Below, one piece after another: positions 40,751 through 55,091 of a stretch of DNA of 64,000 nt (position 1 is the first letter of the stretch; every line of letters begins with the position of its first letter). Source of the stretch: Octopus vulgaris. Its lineage: Eukaryota. The stretch spans positions 7,812,001-7,876,000 of the forward strand of contig OX597828.1 of the NCBI GenBank assembly GCA_951406725.2, given 5' to 3'. The notes under the pieces are model-generated. The model saw only the letters and a program-made list of their open reading frames with translations, had not been told where the DNA came from and did not search any database. A program made the position numbers and the translations under genes.

Positions 40751-41700
40751 CTAGAGAAAACTGGAGATGTTTAACAACAGAACGCCAGGGACGATTAACA
40801 TTGCATCATACTATTTAGTGCATTCCGAAAAAAATGTCCCGTAACAACGATAAGAAGCAATTAAAAAGAACGAATTAATAATAAAAAATAAAGAAACTTT
40901 TGAACAATAACAGCTAAAGTTATTTTACAATTTATTGTTATTACATCACATATTCAATGTGCCAAAAATGTTCATAGCTGTCGGTGATTTGATACCATGT
41001 CTAAGGAAACTATCGGAGCACAGACCATATCAATACAGAACAATTCCATTTCTCGCTTCACATAAAATGAAAATCAATACAGATAAATAAACTGCATCAT
41101 GCAGCCAAGATAAATAATAGTGGAAAGCGTACTTTGAATAAGAAACTTAAAATGTACAAAATAATGAGGCATGAACAACTCGATAAGATAAGAAACAAAT
41201 AAATTGGAACCTGCTAAAAATCATGACAATTTAAACAAAGGGCCGGGTTTTATTCCTCGAATCTGACAAATATACCAGAAATAACATAAACAGAAATGGG
41301 TGGAATATATTTTTATTGTGATATATTTTTGCCAGCGATAACTATCCCCACAAGAAAATAAAATCGTATGAAATTTGAAGAGAAAATAACTCGGATCTAA
41401 ATGTGACATTGGTCCCTAACAAGTCTGCTAACTTTAGCAACCGTATCCGTAAAACCTAAAATATCAATAGAACACTTTAACAAGAGAATGTATGTAAAAC
41501 AAGCAATAGCGACCTCAGAGTAGACAACACAAATGTAAACATGCTGAATATAAATAAGAGAGATGGGAGACGTGAAAATCAATCAAAATAACAAAACATT
41601 GAACAATCAAAAACAAGAACAGATAAATAATGCTGAACAATAAAAATACGAACAGCACAAGGAAATATTTAACTAGGAATATAATATACATACAAATACA

Positions 41701-41755
<55 letters not shown>

Positions 41756-42069
41756 CTGTCAATCTATCTATAATCTGAAAATTGAAAATTGGTAACATGA
41801 CACTTAGAACGACTATATTGTTTAAAAACATTTAAAAAGATCGAGGATATTGTTTGGCCAAGCGAAATTGCACCATGTGTATAAAACCAAGACAAGAAAA
41901 CTTTCAGGATCATGTAAATGTGGACATTACATATATAAATCATAAATGTTGTTCGGGCGAATTCTAACGAATTTATGTCCCATTTTTCCAGAAAATGTTT
42001 GATGGATTAGTGAACATTCAACGGCGTAGGAGAATATAAATATTTAGGAGATAGTTGAGTAAAAGTTAG

Positions 42070-42659
42070 CTAACATGGAGGACAAGAAACCATATGGATG
42101 TGGAAAAGATTTGCATGTATCACGAGGATTCTCTTTGGGTTTCAAAATAACATCATGACTACAGCTCAGTGCTCTGTGAACACTCTAAAGGCTGTAAGAC
42201 GTGACATGGGCAGCTTCAATGGAGACTATGAGGCAGTAGGCAGCAGGAAGGGATATAGCTGGCGTTCTGACTGTGTCTTGATGACTAGGGCATTAGACTC
42301 AACTCAGGCGTCTATGTGGAGCTGCTAGAATGCCATATGTGTGGCAGCAGGATTCGGATTTCCTGCCATACACCCGGAAAGAGCCTGGCACCATCGAGGA
42401 AGACACCAATCGCTTTGCTTGCAATACCGGTGCCAAGATCAAGGAGGTATTCGAAGGTCTTCATAGGGTACAATGCAAAGAGAATACCCCACGTTCTGGA
42501 GCCGTCTTGAAGGCGAGTGTAAGCTGAGGTCGGCTACTTTGAATGAACTGTAAATTCTCAGCCGTAATCTAGTTAAGCTTTGATTTAAAAAAGATTCTTT
42601 TACTTTTATATGGGACATTGTTTTCTTATGCAAATAGTCAAATTTAGTATGAACCCCAG

Positions 42660-42661
<2 letters not shown>
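42070..42661 (+). mobile_element. Heavily deleted DD37D/maT-like transposon
   Basis: PYVWQQDS..CHT, GTIEEDTNRFACNT.AKIKEVF, RFWSRLE..GYFE*; ends ...gaaccccagTA. Confidence 0.7.
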
Positions 42662-42693
<32 letters not shown>

Positions 42694-43167
42694 TGTATGT
42701 ATGTATGTATGTATGCATGTATGTTTGTATGTATGTAAATTCATACCCTCACCTACATATATATAATTATATTTATTTATATATTTATTCATATATACAC
42801 ACGTGCAGCAAAACAAATGTATATGCTTATGGACGTACACACACATGTGTATATATTCATATGTATGATATACATATATGTGGTCCTTATAGCATACAAT
42901 AACACATCATAAAATCAAGAGTTTTATTGCTCGTAATATATTCAAATAACTTCAATTATTTAGAGATATTTAAACGTCTTAGGGAACGGAAAGTGGATAA
43001 TCTTTCCTACGCGTTGTAAAGTATATATTTAGATCGATAAAATATTCAGATATATTTAGGTTAGCATAATTCTTCAGTCTGTGGTACGAGAATTAGGATT
43101 GAGGTTGCAATGCTGTGTGTGTGTGTGTCTGTGTGTGTACACATACATACATTCACACACACACACA

Positions 43168-44313
43168 TGACGGAAGAAAATTAGACACATTCATTCTAAC
43201 TTATATTTTTTATTAATTGACATTGTTTTATGTTTCAGCGTCTATATGTGACTGCTTAATAATACCACGTGGAAAAGAAACCTTAGAACTGTCCGTATTG
43301 TGGGTCATTCTGAAGGTGGACATGGTATCCGTAAAATCGCAGAAAACCTTGGGATCCAGCTTTCAACAGCTAATAGAGTGATTGTACAATTTACTAGAGT
43401 GGGGAAGGACTCCACATCACCTCGCCCAGATCAACCAGAGCCCTGTGACAGGACGCTTCTTTTTGCTAAGAGAAGTCAGAAGGATAATCCCCGTTACAAC
43501 GCCTCCGACATAGCAGAACAAGTTGATGTCAGTTCCAGAACAGCTGTCAGGTATGTCTACAAATTTGGTTACTATGGCAAAGCAGCAAGAAGGAAGACAC
43601 TTCTTCGACTAGCTGACATCAAGCGAAGAAAAGATTGGGCCAATGAGATGGTGGAGAGGCCACTAGCATTTTGAGACACTGTCATATTCTCTGATGGAAT
43701 CCAGATTTGCTGTATTTCCTGACTGTGGTCGAGTGTGAGTCTGGAGACTCAGTGCTCAAGACTTTGATGTGAAAAGATTGTAACCAACAATGAAACATGG
43801 CGGCTATTCTGTGATGGTCTGGGGAGCAATTTGGAGCAATGGTTGATCAGAGCTGGTGGAGTGTGAGGGAAACAAATTCAGATAAATATGTGTCCATATT
43901 GTAGAAAGGACTCTTTCAAATCTACTCCAGTGGTGAAATGATTAAAAAGGACTCGTTATTTATGGATTTGTTGGATGAGAGTGGCATTAAAAAGCTTCCA
44001 TTGTTAAGACAGTCACGAGATATGAACCCCATTGAACACCTCTGGGACATAATGGACAGGAGACTTCATAAGCTCTTCAAAGCCAGATTTTTGAGATTAC
44101 TGCATGAAACTTGGCAAGAAGTTCCGCAAGAGAATATTCATCATCTGATCAGTAACACGCCTAATAGGGTCTTTCCATTGAAAAATGCAAAGGGCGTGCC
44201 TACTAAACTTTAAATATTCACATTATAACAATTAATAAATTATTCAAATGTATAATTACAGATTAAAATGAATATTAAATGATTATAGGGCAGTCTATTT
44301 ACTTCTGATATGT
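43168..44313 (+). mobile_element. Tc1-like (DD34E) transposon with decayed transposase
   Basis: HTH GIRKIAENLGIQLSTANRVI, AARRKTLL, VIFSD/ESRF, KHGGYSVMVWGAI, QSRDMNPIEHLWD; degenerate TIRs. Confidence 0.92.
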
Positions 44314-44323
44314 TTATGTATCG

Positions 44324-44379
<56 letters not shown>

Positions 44380-44381
<2 letters not shown>

Positions 44382-44795
44382 ATACCATCCGTGCTGCATC
44401 TGTATTCCTTCCTGTGTCTGTCAAACCTTATGTCTCTGCCTTACGGCAGAGACATAAGGTTCGACATGCTAGCTTAATTTAATTCGTCCTCAGTCGAAAG
44501 ACACCTGTTGCTATGTCCTGTTAGTTGCGTTTGTATTTGGGTAACATTTCTCTGATTTTTTCCGTCCTTGTTTCCGTATACATTCGCTGCTTTCTCCCAA
44601 GAAATCTAATACTCTTAGCTGAGTTTTTCCTTGGGGCTCGCCAGATTGGAGCAATCTCGAGTATAACCAGCCGAAATTGCAAAGATAATCTGGAACTCGA
44701 CTGAGAACAGAAAACTCTGAATGACTCGTCTTTGTTTTCATTGTATCGTCTGTCTGGATGATTTGCGTTCTTGCCCCATTTATGTATTTTTATAT
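44380..44795 (+). mobile_element. Unclassified dispersed repeat family U between (TC)n and (TA)n
   Basis: Homologous to 22193-22570; contains a 22-bp hairpin at 44419-44466. Confidence 0.75.
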
Positions 44796-44847
44796 ATATA
44801 AAAAATATAGCGGCGTACTTACACTTTGGTCTCTTATATATATATAC

Positions 44848-44999
44848 ACCAATCGGCTTCGCACTAGGGCTTCAACGAAGTGTTAAGTAACAGTCCGATT
44901 ATGTAACCTTACGGTCTTCAGAGGTAGCTCTAGAGCAATCGCTATATTTCGGACAGTTACTTAACACTCTGTCGAAATTCTAATGCGAAACTGGTTGGT
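44848..44999. repeat. Diverged inverted repeat (~50-bp arms) with hammerhead-like consensus
   Basis: accaatcggcttcgcactagggcttcaacgaagtgttaagtaacagtccga vs tcggacagttacttaacactctgtcgaaattctaatgcgaaactggttggt. Confidence 0.75.
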
Positions 45000-45089
45000 A
45001 AGATCGGCCGTAATAGCTATATAATATTGTACATTTCGTTTAATATACCCACTCTTCTGACAAATATAGGATTGCATTTTTTCCTCACA

Positions 45090-45178
<89 letters not shown>

Positions 45179-45567
45179 ACACATGTATGTGTGTATCTAT
45201 TGGTGTATATATGTATGTATGTATGTGTATCTAGTGTGTGTGTATACGTATATTTGTATATATCTAATAGCTTCTCAGTGGCTCTGTAATAGATTTCCGA
45301 CCTCATTAAAGCATAATCATTCATGAAATAAGCCATAGCCAACCGCTAAAATATACTCTATCGAGAACGAAAATAACCTAAGAAATTATACTCTACTAGT
45401 TAAGTAACATATACCGATTGTTAAGTAACATACACGCGCAACTACACATATATATACATACATACATACATAATACGTACATACAAACATAAATACATAC
45501 ACACAGATACACGCACATATATAAATAGTTAGACAGTTAACCATCTCGATCGAAAGCTAGTTAGATA

Positions 45568-45635
<68 letters not shown>

Positions 45636-45704
45636 TACATACATACACATATATATATATATATATGAATATATATATACATCATATATACATATATATA
45701 TACA

Positions 45705-45763
<59 letters not shown>

Positions 45764-45976
45764 TCTTACTCTTTACTCTTTTACTTGTTTCAGTCATTTG
45801 ACTGCGGCCATGCTGGAGCACCGCCTTTAGTCGAGCAAATCGACCCCAGGACTTATTCTTTGCAAGCCCAGTACTTATTCTATCGGTCTATTTTGCCGAA
45901 CCGCTAAGTGACGGGGACGTAAACACACCAGCATCGGTTGTCAAGCAATGCTAGGGGGACAATCACAGACACACAA

Positions 45977-46009
<33 letters not shown>

Positions 46010-46151
46010 CATATATACGACAGGCTTCTTTCAGTTTCCGTCTACTAAATCCACTCACAAGGCATTGGTCGGCCCGGGGCTATAGTAGAAGACACTTGCC
46101 GAAGATTCCACGCAGTGGGTCTGAACCCGGAACCATACAGCCACTCCTGCG

Positions 46152-46154
<3 letters not shown>
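45764..46154 (-). mobile_element. SINE family A, young copy
   Basis: High reverse-complement identity to 26894-27318. Confidence 0.95.
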
Positions 46155-46209
<55 letters not shown>

Positions 46210-46237
46210 CAATACTAGGATAATTCATTCACCTACT

Positions 46238-46290
<53 letters not shown>

Positions 46291-47131
46291 CCATCTGTCT
46301 TATTCACACACTCACTGATATATATTCAATGTATATATGGCTACAGTTATTATTGTTGTCTTCTACGACTATTATTGTTGATATTTTTTATTCTGTACTC
46401 GTTGCTATCGTCTTTGTTATTGTTTTTGTTGTTATTCATGCTTCTGTTTTTCTGGCTATTGTTATTCAATATTCCTGCAGCTTGCTATGATCCAAATTGA
46501 CATGAACAGACGGCAGTGTCATCCTAATTAGTCTATTTAGTTAAGTTCTCAATGGTTTTTCTTAGAAGCAGAAAATTAGATAACCTGAGTAAAAAGTCAG
46601 ATATGTAGGTAGAAAGAGAGGAAAGGAGAAACGGGTAGGTAATGTGAGTGGAATGGAGAAAATACTGTGAGCTTATATTCGTGTACGAGACAGAGATAAA
46701 GATAAAAGTGTAAAAAACAAGAAAAAAGCGGAAAATAGGAAAAAAGATAAAGTGAAAAAGAGGGAAAAAGAAAGAGATAAAGTGTATCGGGAAGAGAGGG
46801 CGAGAGGGAGAGGGAGAGGGAGAGAAGGGGAGAAAGAGAATGTGCGAGATAGTGAGAAAGAGAGAGGGATAAAGTTAATGTAAGAGAAATGGGGATGAGA
46901 GAGAAAGATTGAGTGAGAGTGATAGAGTGAATGTAGAAAAGAGAGAATGAGAGGGTGAGAGAGATAGATAGAGAGAGAGAGAGAAAGAGTGAGAGAGAGA
47001 TTGATATTTGTATGAAAAGAAAATGCGATAGATATAACAAGAGAGCGTGTCAGACATCGGAAAAAGGTTAACAGGTTTCGAATAGAGGGGTGAGAAAAAT
47101 AGATAGGGGATGAGAGTGAGAGAGAGAGATA

Positions 47132-47178
<47 letters not shown>

Positions 47179-48019
47179 GGGAAAATTAGAGTGAAAGAGA
47201 TAGAGAGTGTGTCTGAGATAGAGATAAAGAATTATTTGTGGATCCAAAGAAAACGAATTGTGTTGGGAAAATATTAGATACGGAAAACAGTAGACAAGAA
47301 GACAGAATTATTTAGTGTGTAAGTGTGTATATGTATGCGTGCGTGCGCGTGCGCATGTGTGTGTATTCGTGAGCTCAGACACAGCTGTGGTCAAAAATCT
47401 GAATACAGACATGAAATTTAGAATTTTTCAAAATATGTTTTGGTGTCAAGATAAAAAGTCATTATCTATTAGTGGTTTTCGAGTAACATTAAAATAAATG
47501 ATGAAATATTTCATAATTTCACTTATTTATGTAATTATTATCTGAAGAAAGGGTACAAATTGCAATGGGGGCAAAACATATCCGCTCTTGCTGCACGGAT
47601 AGATTTGCTTAGATTTCTTCAGAGAGGTAGAAACAAATCGCTTGCCACAACTCATCAACAGATATACAATTTCTGATGATATACAACACTATGTGTATCA
47701 CAAGTTTATTGCAGAATCACTTCGTAATGTTGTTTCTGTACACACAGTAACAGTAACCAAGTCTGTCGCTATAAAACATCTAAACACATTTTGAATATTG
47801 CTGGGACCATAATAATTAGACAGAGATAACCTGGCTTAAACTCATGCCCATTATATTTGCTGACGGAGCATTCATTAATCATTTTTATATCATGTTACTT
47901 TCGTTTCAAGTCCCTTATTCTCTATGTACAATCCACGTATTTATATACTTGATAGAGCAATGGAATGACTATTCATTATGATATGGGTACACTTTTGCAA
48001 AAAGAAAAAGTGGATTCGG

Positions 48020-48450
48020 ATTATGTGTTAATTTATAATCATGCCCTCTAAAATCTACATAGGTTTTCCAATTACACTGTTTCCCACCAGAATGATGTAA
48101 ACTTCATTTCTGCAAAATATCTCTAAATCATTAACTTAAAGCTAATGGCATTAATGTTGTCGAGTAAATGGCCTTGAAAATCTCCTGACTTAAAATCTAT
48201 TAAAATTTAAGGGTTAATTAAAAAAGAAAATCACAGTTTATGACGATACACAAGTTTTGAATTTAAAGAATAGACGCTGCAGGTTTGGATGTAGAAGTTA
48301 ACTCCAAATTATCGCAAAATTTTGGTTAAAGGTTGCATTGCCGCATTGTTAGAAGACAATGAGAGGTACGATGCGTTGAGTTGCATAGCATCCATATTTG
48401 TAATTTTGTCAACTTTTGGTAGATTATTTGTTTACATTATAAGAAAATAT
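48020..48450 (+). mobile_element. Very decayed Tc1 3' fragment
   Basis: WP*KSPDLKSI resembles WPxxSPDLNPIE. Confidence 0.55.
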
Positions 48451-48489
48451 ATTTTCCTTGAAAATCACTCCCACCAAAGTGGCAAGTAA

Positions 48490-48782
48490 CCAGTATCAAT
48501 GGAGAGTACTATGTCAATTTGCGGAGGCGGTTACGAAAGTCTATCAAAATTAAATGCCCAGGAAAACTGATGAAAGGAGACTTGTTTCATCAGGACAATT
48601 TTCCAGCACACAAGTCCTTGCGTTCCAACAGGACGAACGCTTCTTCACCGATGGAATCGAAGCATTGCAACAACAACGTAAAAAGTGTGTGCTCTGCGAC
48701 GCGGTCTATTAAAAATAAGCTTCGTTTAGTCACATTGCACGAGAGTGCCTTGGTCGGCCTAAAACTTTTCAGCCGATTCGCG
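48490..48782 (+). mobile_element. mariner (DD34D) fragment with internal deletion and right TIR
   Basis: INGEYYVNLRRRLRKSIKIKCPGKLMKGDLFHQDNFPAHKS then QDERFFTDGIEAL..KKCV; TIR-like ggcctaaaacttttcagcc. Confidence 0.85.
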
Positions 48783-48870
48783 TTGGTGCAGTTTCTTTCA
48801 TTTTTAAGCCTTTTTTGTTTTAATTCTTTCCTTCAAACATTCATGCGTCGAAGTCGACGGAAGTGACTAA

Positions 48871-48952
<82 letters not shown>

Positions 48953-48954
<2 letters not shown>

Positions 48955-49330
48955 GGCGGTGAGCTGGCAGAAACGTTAGCACGCCGAGCGAAATGCTTAG
49001 CGTTATTTCATCTGGCGCTACGTTCTGAGTTCAAATTCTGCCGAGGTCGACTTTGCCTTTCATCCTTTCGGGGTCGATTAAATAAGTACCAGTTACGCAC
49101 TGGGGTCGATATAATCGACTTAATCCGCTTGTTTGTCGTTGTTTGTCCTCTCTGTGGGTAGTAAAGAAATAGGTATTTCTTCCTTTGCTACGTTCTGAGT
49201 TCAAATTCTGTCAAGGTCGACTTTGCCTTTCAACCTTTCGGGGTCGATAAATTAAGTACCTGTTACGCACTGGATCGATGTAATCGGGTGGTTCCCTTCC
49301 CCAAAATTTCAGGCCTTGTACCTACAGGAG
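48953..49330 (+). mobile_element. SINE family B with internal tandem duplication, within (TTA)n
   Basis: aaggcggtgagctggcagaaacgttagc head; the unit cgttctgagttcaaattctg...gtcgat occurs twice. Confidence 0.92.
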
Positions 49331-49338
49331 AAAGGATT

Positions 49339-49413
<75 letters not shown>

Positions 49414-49416
49414 GTT

Positions 49417-50093
<677 letters not shown>

Positions 50094-51100
50094 GTGGTTG
50101 TTGTTGTATACTGCATTTTTATAGAAATATCTCGAACATCTTCAGCTGAATCTTGAGTGTAAATTATTGCAAAATAATTCAGCACGACCATATTTGTCTT
50201 TAAAATAAATTAGCTCTTTATAAACATTCAATAGTGGGGGATGCTATATTCACCATTCTTCAATACGCTTTTATAGGAGTTTCCAGACATATTAAGAGCC
50301 AATCTTCCGAGAAGCAAAACTGATTTTGCTTTCATCCGTTTTCGGAAATTCTGTATCTACAAGAAACTCCTTATAACACTTCCTAGCCAATAAAAAAAAA
50401 ATACGCTGATTCTCTATAAGTAATACCAGAAGTACAAGTAGAAGTATACCAATGAAGATTGGAGGCATTAGTGCAAGCTTTAGTCAGAGACAATACTTCA
50501 GAGGACACAACCAAAAACTAGAAGAAAAAAAATTATTTGCTTCTTGTAAATCCTGATATAGAGTATTAAACAAACACTGAATGTATATATGATTTTGGAA
50601 CGGGTCACGGCTCTAAATAATTTATAAACCAAACCAGTATTTCTCTGCACTCTAACTATACATAGTTACTAATGGACCTATAGACCCACTCCGAGAGTAA
50701 ACAGGAAAGCTCATGTAAATTTCCCACTGGGTGGACACTGTGCACATAGAAGCGTAGTTTATAAAGATGATTGGATGTTGCAAATTAACAAAGCCGCTAC
50801 ATTTAATCTCACAAAGCACCCCCTTTCTATGTATAGACCTTCTTTTTCCAACTTTAGATTTAAATTCTCAACTCCACTTGAGTTGTATATCCATAATCCA
50901 ACTGATAATTAAACTAAATAATAGACTGAAATGTTCAATCGTGGGATATGCACCACAGAGGAGTCCATCATTACTTTACTTAACGATAGCCACCTTCTCA
51001 ATAAACGTAACGAGTTAAATAATTGCTGCTCACACCGGATAAGTAAAATTTGAAATTATCGAAATCGACACGATCTTAATTGCGACGAGGTACACTAGTC

Positions 51101-51699
51101 GATAATGAAGAGATCGAAGTGGTTGGTGATTTCATCTTCCTTGGTTCCAAAATAAATCGAGATGGTGACTGCATTCCAGAAATAATACGGCGAATAGTAC
51201 TAGGCAGAGAGGCAATGGTCAGCATGAGCAGGGTCTGGAAGAGTAGAGACATCAGACTCGCTACCAAATGCAGATTGGTGAATGCAATTGTCTTCCCAAT
51301 AGCAACATATGGATGTGAGACCTGGACACTAAAGAAAGCTGACAAGAAGAGAATTAATGCATTCAAGTTTGGTGTTGGAGAAGACTTTTACGGATTCCAT
51401 GGACAGCGAGGCTCACCAATGGAGATGTTCTTAAGCAGATCAGGCCGAAAATGTCGCTAGAAGCTAAGATCACCAAGCATAGATTGGCATATTTCGGTCA
51501 TATTATGCGGAGAAGATCCCTGGAGAAGGACATCATGCTCGGAATGGTCAGTGGCAAGAGAGGAAGAGGCCGACCAAGAACCCGCTGGCTTGACACCATA
51601 GCCAATCTGAAAGAAGAGGCCCAGGATAGAACTGACTGGAGGACACTGATCCAACGAGTAACCGAGAGTCGACTTCGACTGAGCGGATAAATAGATAGA
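51101..51699 (+). mobile_element. 5'-truncated RTE (BovB-like) LINE
   Basis: FIFLGSKI, YGCETWT, WCWRRLLRIPW, YFGHIMRR, GKRGRGRPRTRWLD; (ATAG)n tail; 10-bp TSD tacactagtc at 51091-51100 and 51700-51709. Confidence 0.95.
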
Positions 51700-52757
51700 T
51701 ACACTAGTCTAGTGCTGACATTTAACTTGACACGGTCTAACTAGCATCGTTATTCTCATGGAATTATTGCTTTTAGAATTGTTTAACGACACACTATGCT
51801 CCCGTTCTCTTTACCCTTGCGTCAATCCATTCCTCATCCTATCTACCCATGTATATAACCCAGTATTGCTTATATCAAACACATTTTTGTGAATTCTCAG
51901 CTGGTCTTGCTACCAATACGACATCATTATAATGGTCTCTAATTATGGTCTCTAATTATGGCACATTACTTACTGTATCATTCAGTCTCGATATTGACAG
52001 ATCGAGGGTTACAATACCAAAAGTGAGGATATTAGATACATGTGGTTAGATAATTCCACATATATATCATAGAGCTATGGACAGAATGTAGTTGTAAGCG
52101 TGCTAGTTAACAATTATATGTGAAAACAAACACATTTGCCCACTCACTAATGTATTAGAAACCGAGTAACGTGCACGTGTGGATGTGGTAGTAAGTTGCA
52201 ACAGCCTCACAGCATGACACGATAGACAGGGAGGATATGATTGTCCAGGACTAAGTGTCTTTTCGAGCATGTGTGCATATCTGTGCGTGGGTGGGCGTAT
52301 CAGTGCGTGTGTGCAACTGTGCCTACGTGAACAGATGGTCCTAGGTGTTGGCCTGTGCATGTGTGTGTGCTTGTGTGCATTCATAAGTATATACATAATT
52401 ATGTAGGGAGAAGCTTACTCAATAGATATAGATATATATATATAGGGATATATAGTTTATTAAGTTATTTCTTACATTGGCTTCATTCTTCATCGAATCT
52501 TCGGTTCACATGAAGTTTTCAAGCCAACATCTTTGCAGGTATGTGTATACGAGTGTACGCATATATGAGTATGTGTGTGTGTTATGCATTTATAAATGTA
52601 TATGTATGTATAAAGGTATATATTTGTATATGTTTTCATGGATGTTTGTGACACGGTTTGGGCATATTAGTGTATATACGTATATATACATATAAACGCA
52701 GAGGAATAATGCATTTATATATATATATACATACATACATACATACATAATACATAC

Positions 52758-52813
<56 letters not shown>

Positions 52814-52816
52814 CTA

Positions 52817-53096
52817 ATAAACAAGGGCAAAAGAAAAAATTCTAATGCCGAATATGCCGAAAATCAACTTAAATCGTCAATAACCGTATAATTCATCCCT
52901 ATATGCACGCGTCTCGAAGCAAGCCGACAGATATTTCAAAACATTCCGTTACTATCGTATCAGCTTCGATTTTTGAAATTTCTGTTGACTTGTTTCGAGA
53001 CGCGTGCATATAGTGATGAATTATATGGTTATTGACGATTTAAGTCGATTTTCGGCATATTTGGCATTAGAATTATTTTCATTTGCCCTTGTTTAT
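52817..53096. repeat. Inverted repeat (~125-bp arms, ~30-bp spacer) next to (TA)n
   Basis: ataaacaagggcaa...tatatgcacgcgtctcgaa...tttcaaaa vs ttttgaaa...ttcgagacgcgtgcatata...ttgcccttgtttat. Confidence 0.92.
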
Positions 53097-53247
53097 AAGT
53101 TGTTTATAAATTTAACCTTTAAAGTTATTTCTGATATGCTGGCCATTGATAAAATTTTTTTAGAAAAATTTAATCCTATATTAGATATATATATATATAC
53201 ACACACGCAACGCACGCACAAACATAGATACAAAATTACAAACAAAA

Positions 53248-53314
<67 letters not shown>

Positions 53315-54016
53315 CATATATATATACATAGATATGTATATATCTCTGTGTGTGTGCGTATATATAGAAATGGCCGTATGTATATATATATATATGTGTA
53401 TGTATGTATAAATATTTATGTGAAAGCACATGCATGCTCCGCACGCACGCACGCACACACAGACACACACATTTATATGAACAATGAAAAAAATGACAGA
53501 AATTGCGGGAGGGAAAACGTGAGCTCGGTCTAAAGCAAAGATATATACTGGAAGGAGGCATGAAAATGAAAATAGAAGTTAAAAGTCGTCATAAGAATAA
53601 ATAAGATTAAGATGGAGGGAGCGACAGTTTACGTGTAAAGGGGAGAGCGGGTGGTCAACGTGCAAAAAGGGACAGCTTGTGATCAGAGTGTTGCGGGAAG
53701 AAGAGATATATATATGTGCGTGCAAGTTGTGTGAAATGAGATAACATGGTGAAAAATTGAACGCAAAATGAACATAGTGTACAACACCAGTAACAAAAGA
53801 AGCAACTAAAAAATTAGCAGAATATTTAAAAGTAACACAAAAGCAATGATAAAAAATAAATAGGAAAACAATACCAGTAACACCAAGATAATTCTATATA
53901 AGCAAACAATTGGTGAATCGTCAAGATGAACAAAACAATTCTATAGACAGCTTCTAAAGGCGATGATGAGAATGGCGGCGATGTAAAAAATAACGTCAGA
54001 AATAACAATAACGCCA

Positions 54017-54181
<165 letters not shown>

Positions 54182-54194
54182 TGGATTTCAATTT

Positions 54195-54355
54195 TTGGCA
54201 CAAGGCCAACAATTTCGACTACATCGACGCCAGTGCTCGACTACACTTATTCGACCCTGAGAAGATGAAAGGCAAAGTCGACCACGACGGCACTTGAGCG
54301 TGAAACGGACGAAACACTGCTAAGCATTTTCCCGGCGTGCTAACGATTCTGCCAG
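54195..54355 (-). mobile_element. SINE family B, diverged
   Basis: gatgaaaggcaaagtcgacc...cggcgtgctaacgattctgccag. Confidence 0.85.
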
Positions 54356-54796
54356 TAGCAGAAGGAGAAGAAGAAGAAATGAAGTAGAAGAAAAATTAGT
54401 AGTAGTAGTAGTAGAAGAAGAAAAAGAAGAAGAAGAAGAAGAAGAAGAAGAAGAAGAAGAAGAAGAAGAAGAAGAAGAAGAAAAAGTAGTAGTAGTAGAA
54501 GAAGAAGAACAACAACAACAGCAAGAACAACAACAATAACAAAGGGATTTCAATAAATGCAACAATAGCGGGAAGACGATGACGGCGATAATGACGTTCC
54601 CGGCATTAAATGACAGTAAGAAGAACAATATGTTTAAAAACATGTGTAGTTCAAACCAAAAGAGCAAAAAACAACAGCAACAACAACAACATCATCAAAT
54701 TTCAATGAAGAGAATAAAAACAAACGTAAACAATGAGGATGATTATGGGTAACATTGTATGATACAATTCAGAAAAACAATAACCATTTCAATGAA

Positions 54797-54839
<43 letters not shown>

Positions 54840-55091
54840 CATTAAATTCAAATTACGATAAACTTTTTAGAAAGTTAAAGAAATGATTTTAAATTCTGAA
54901 ACGCAGGATAATGCTAATAATATAGCCCGAACAGGATATGCATATATATATATATATTTATATATGTGTGTGTGTGTGTGTGTATCTATATATATCTCAC
55001 ATATGCATACATATACGTATGTATATATGCGTATATATATATATTGTTTATATTATTATATATATGTGTGTGTGTGTATGTATATATATGT

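Noticed and set aside
43300-44213. Intact or domesticated transposase
   Set aside because: Multiple stops, frameshifts and deletion around the second catalytic Asp
44620-44735. Hammerhead-like pieces in family U (ctgagaa..gaa; cagccgaaatt)
   Set aside because: Could not assemble core, three helices and an NUH triplet
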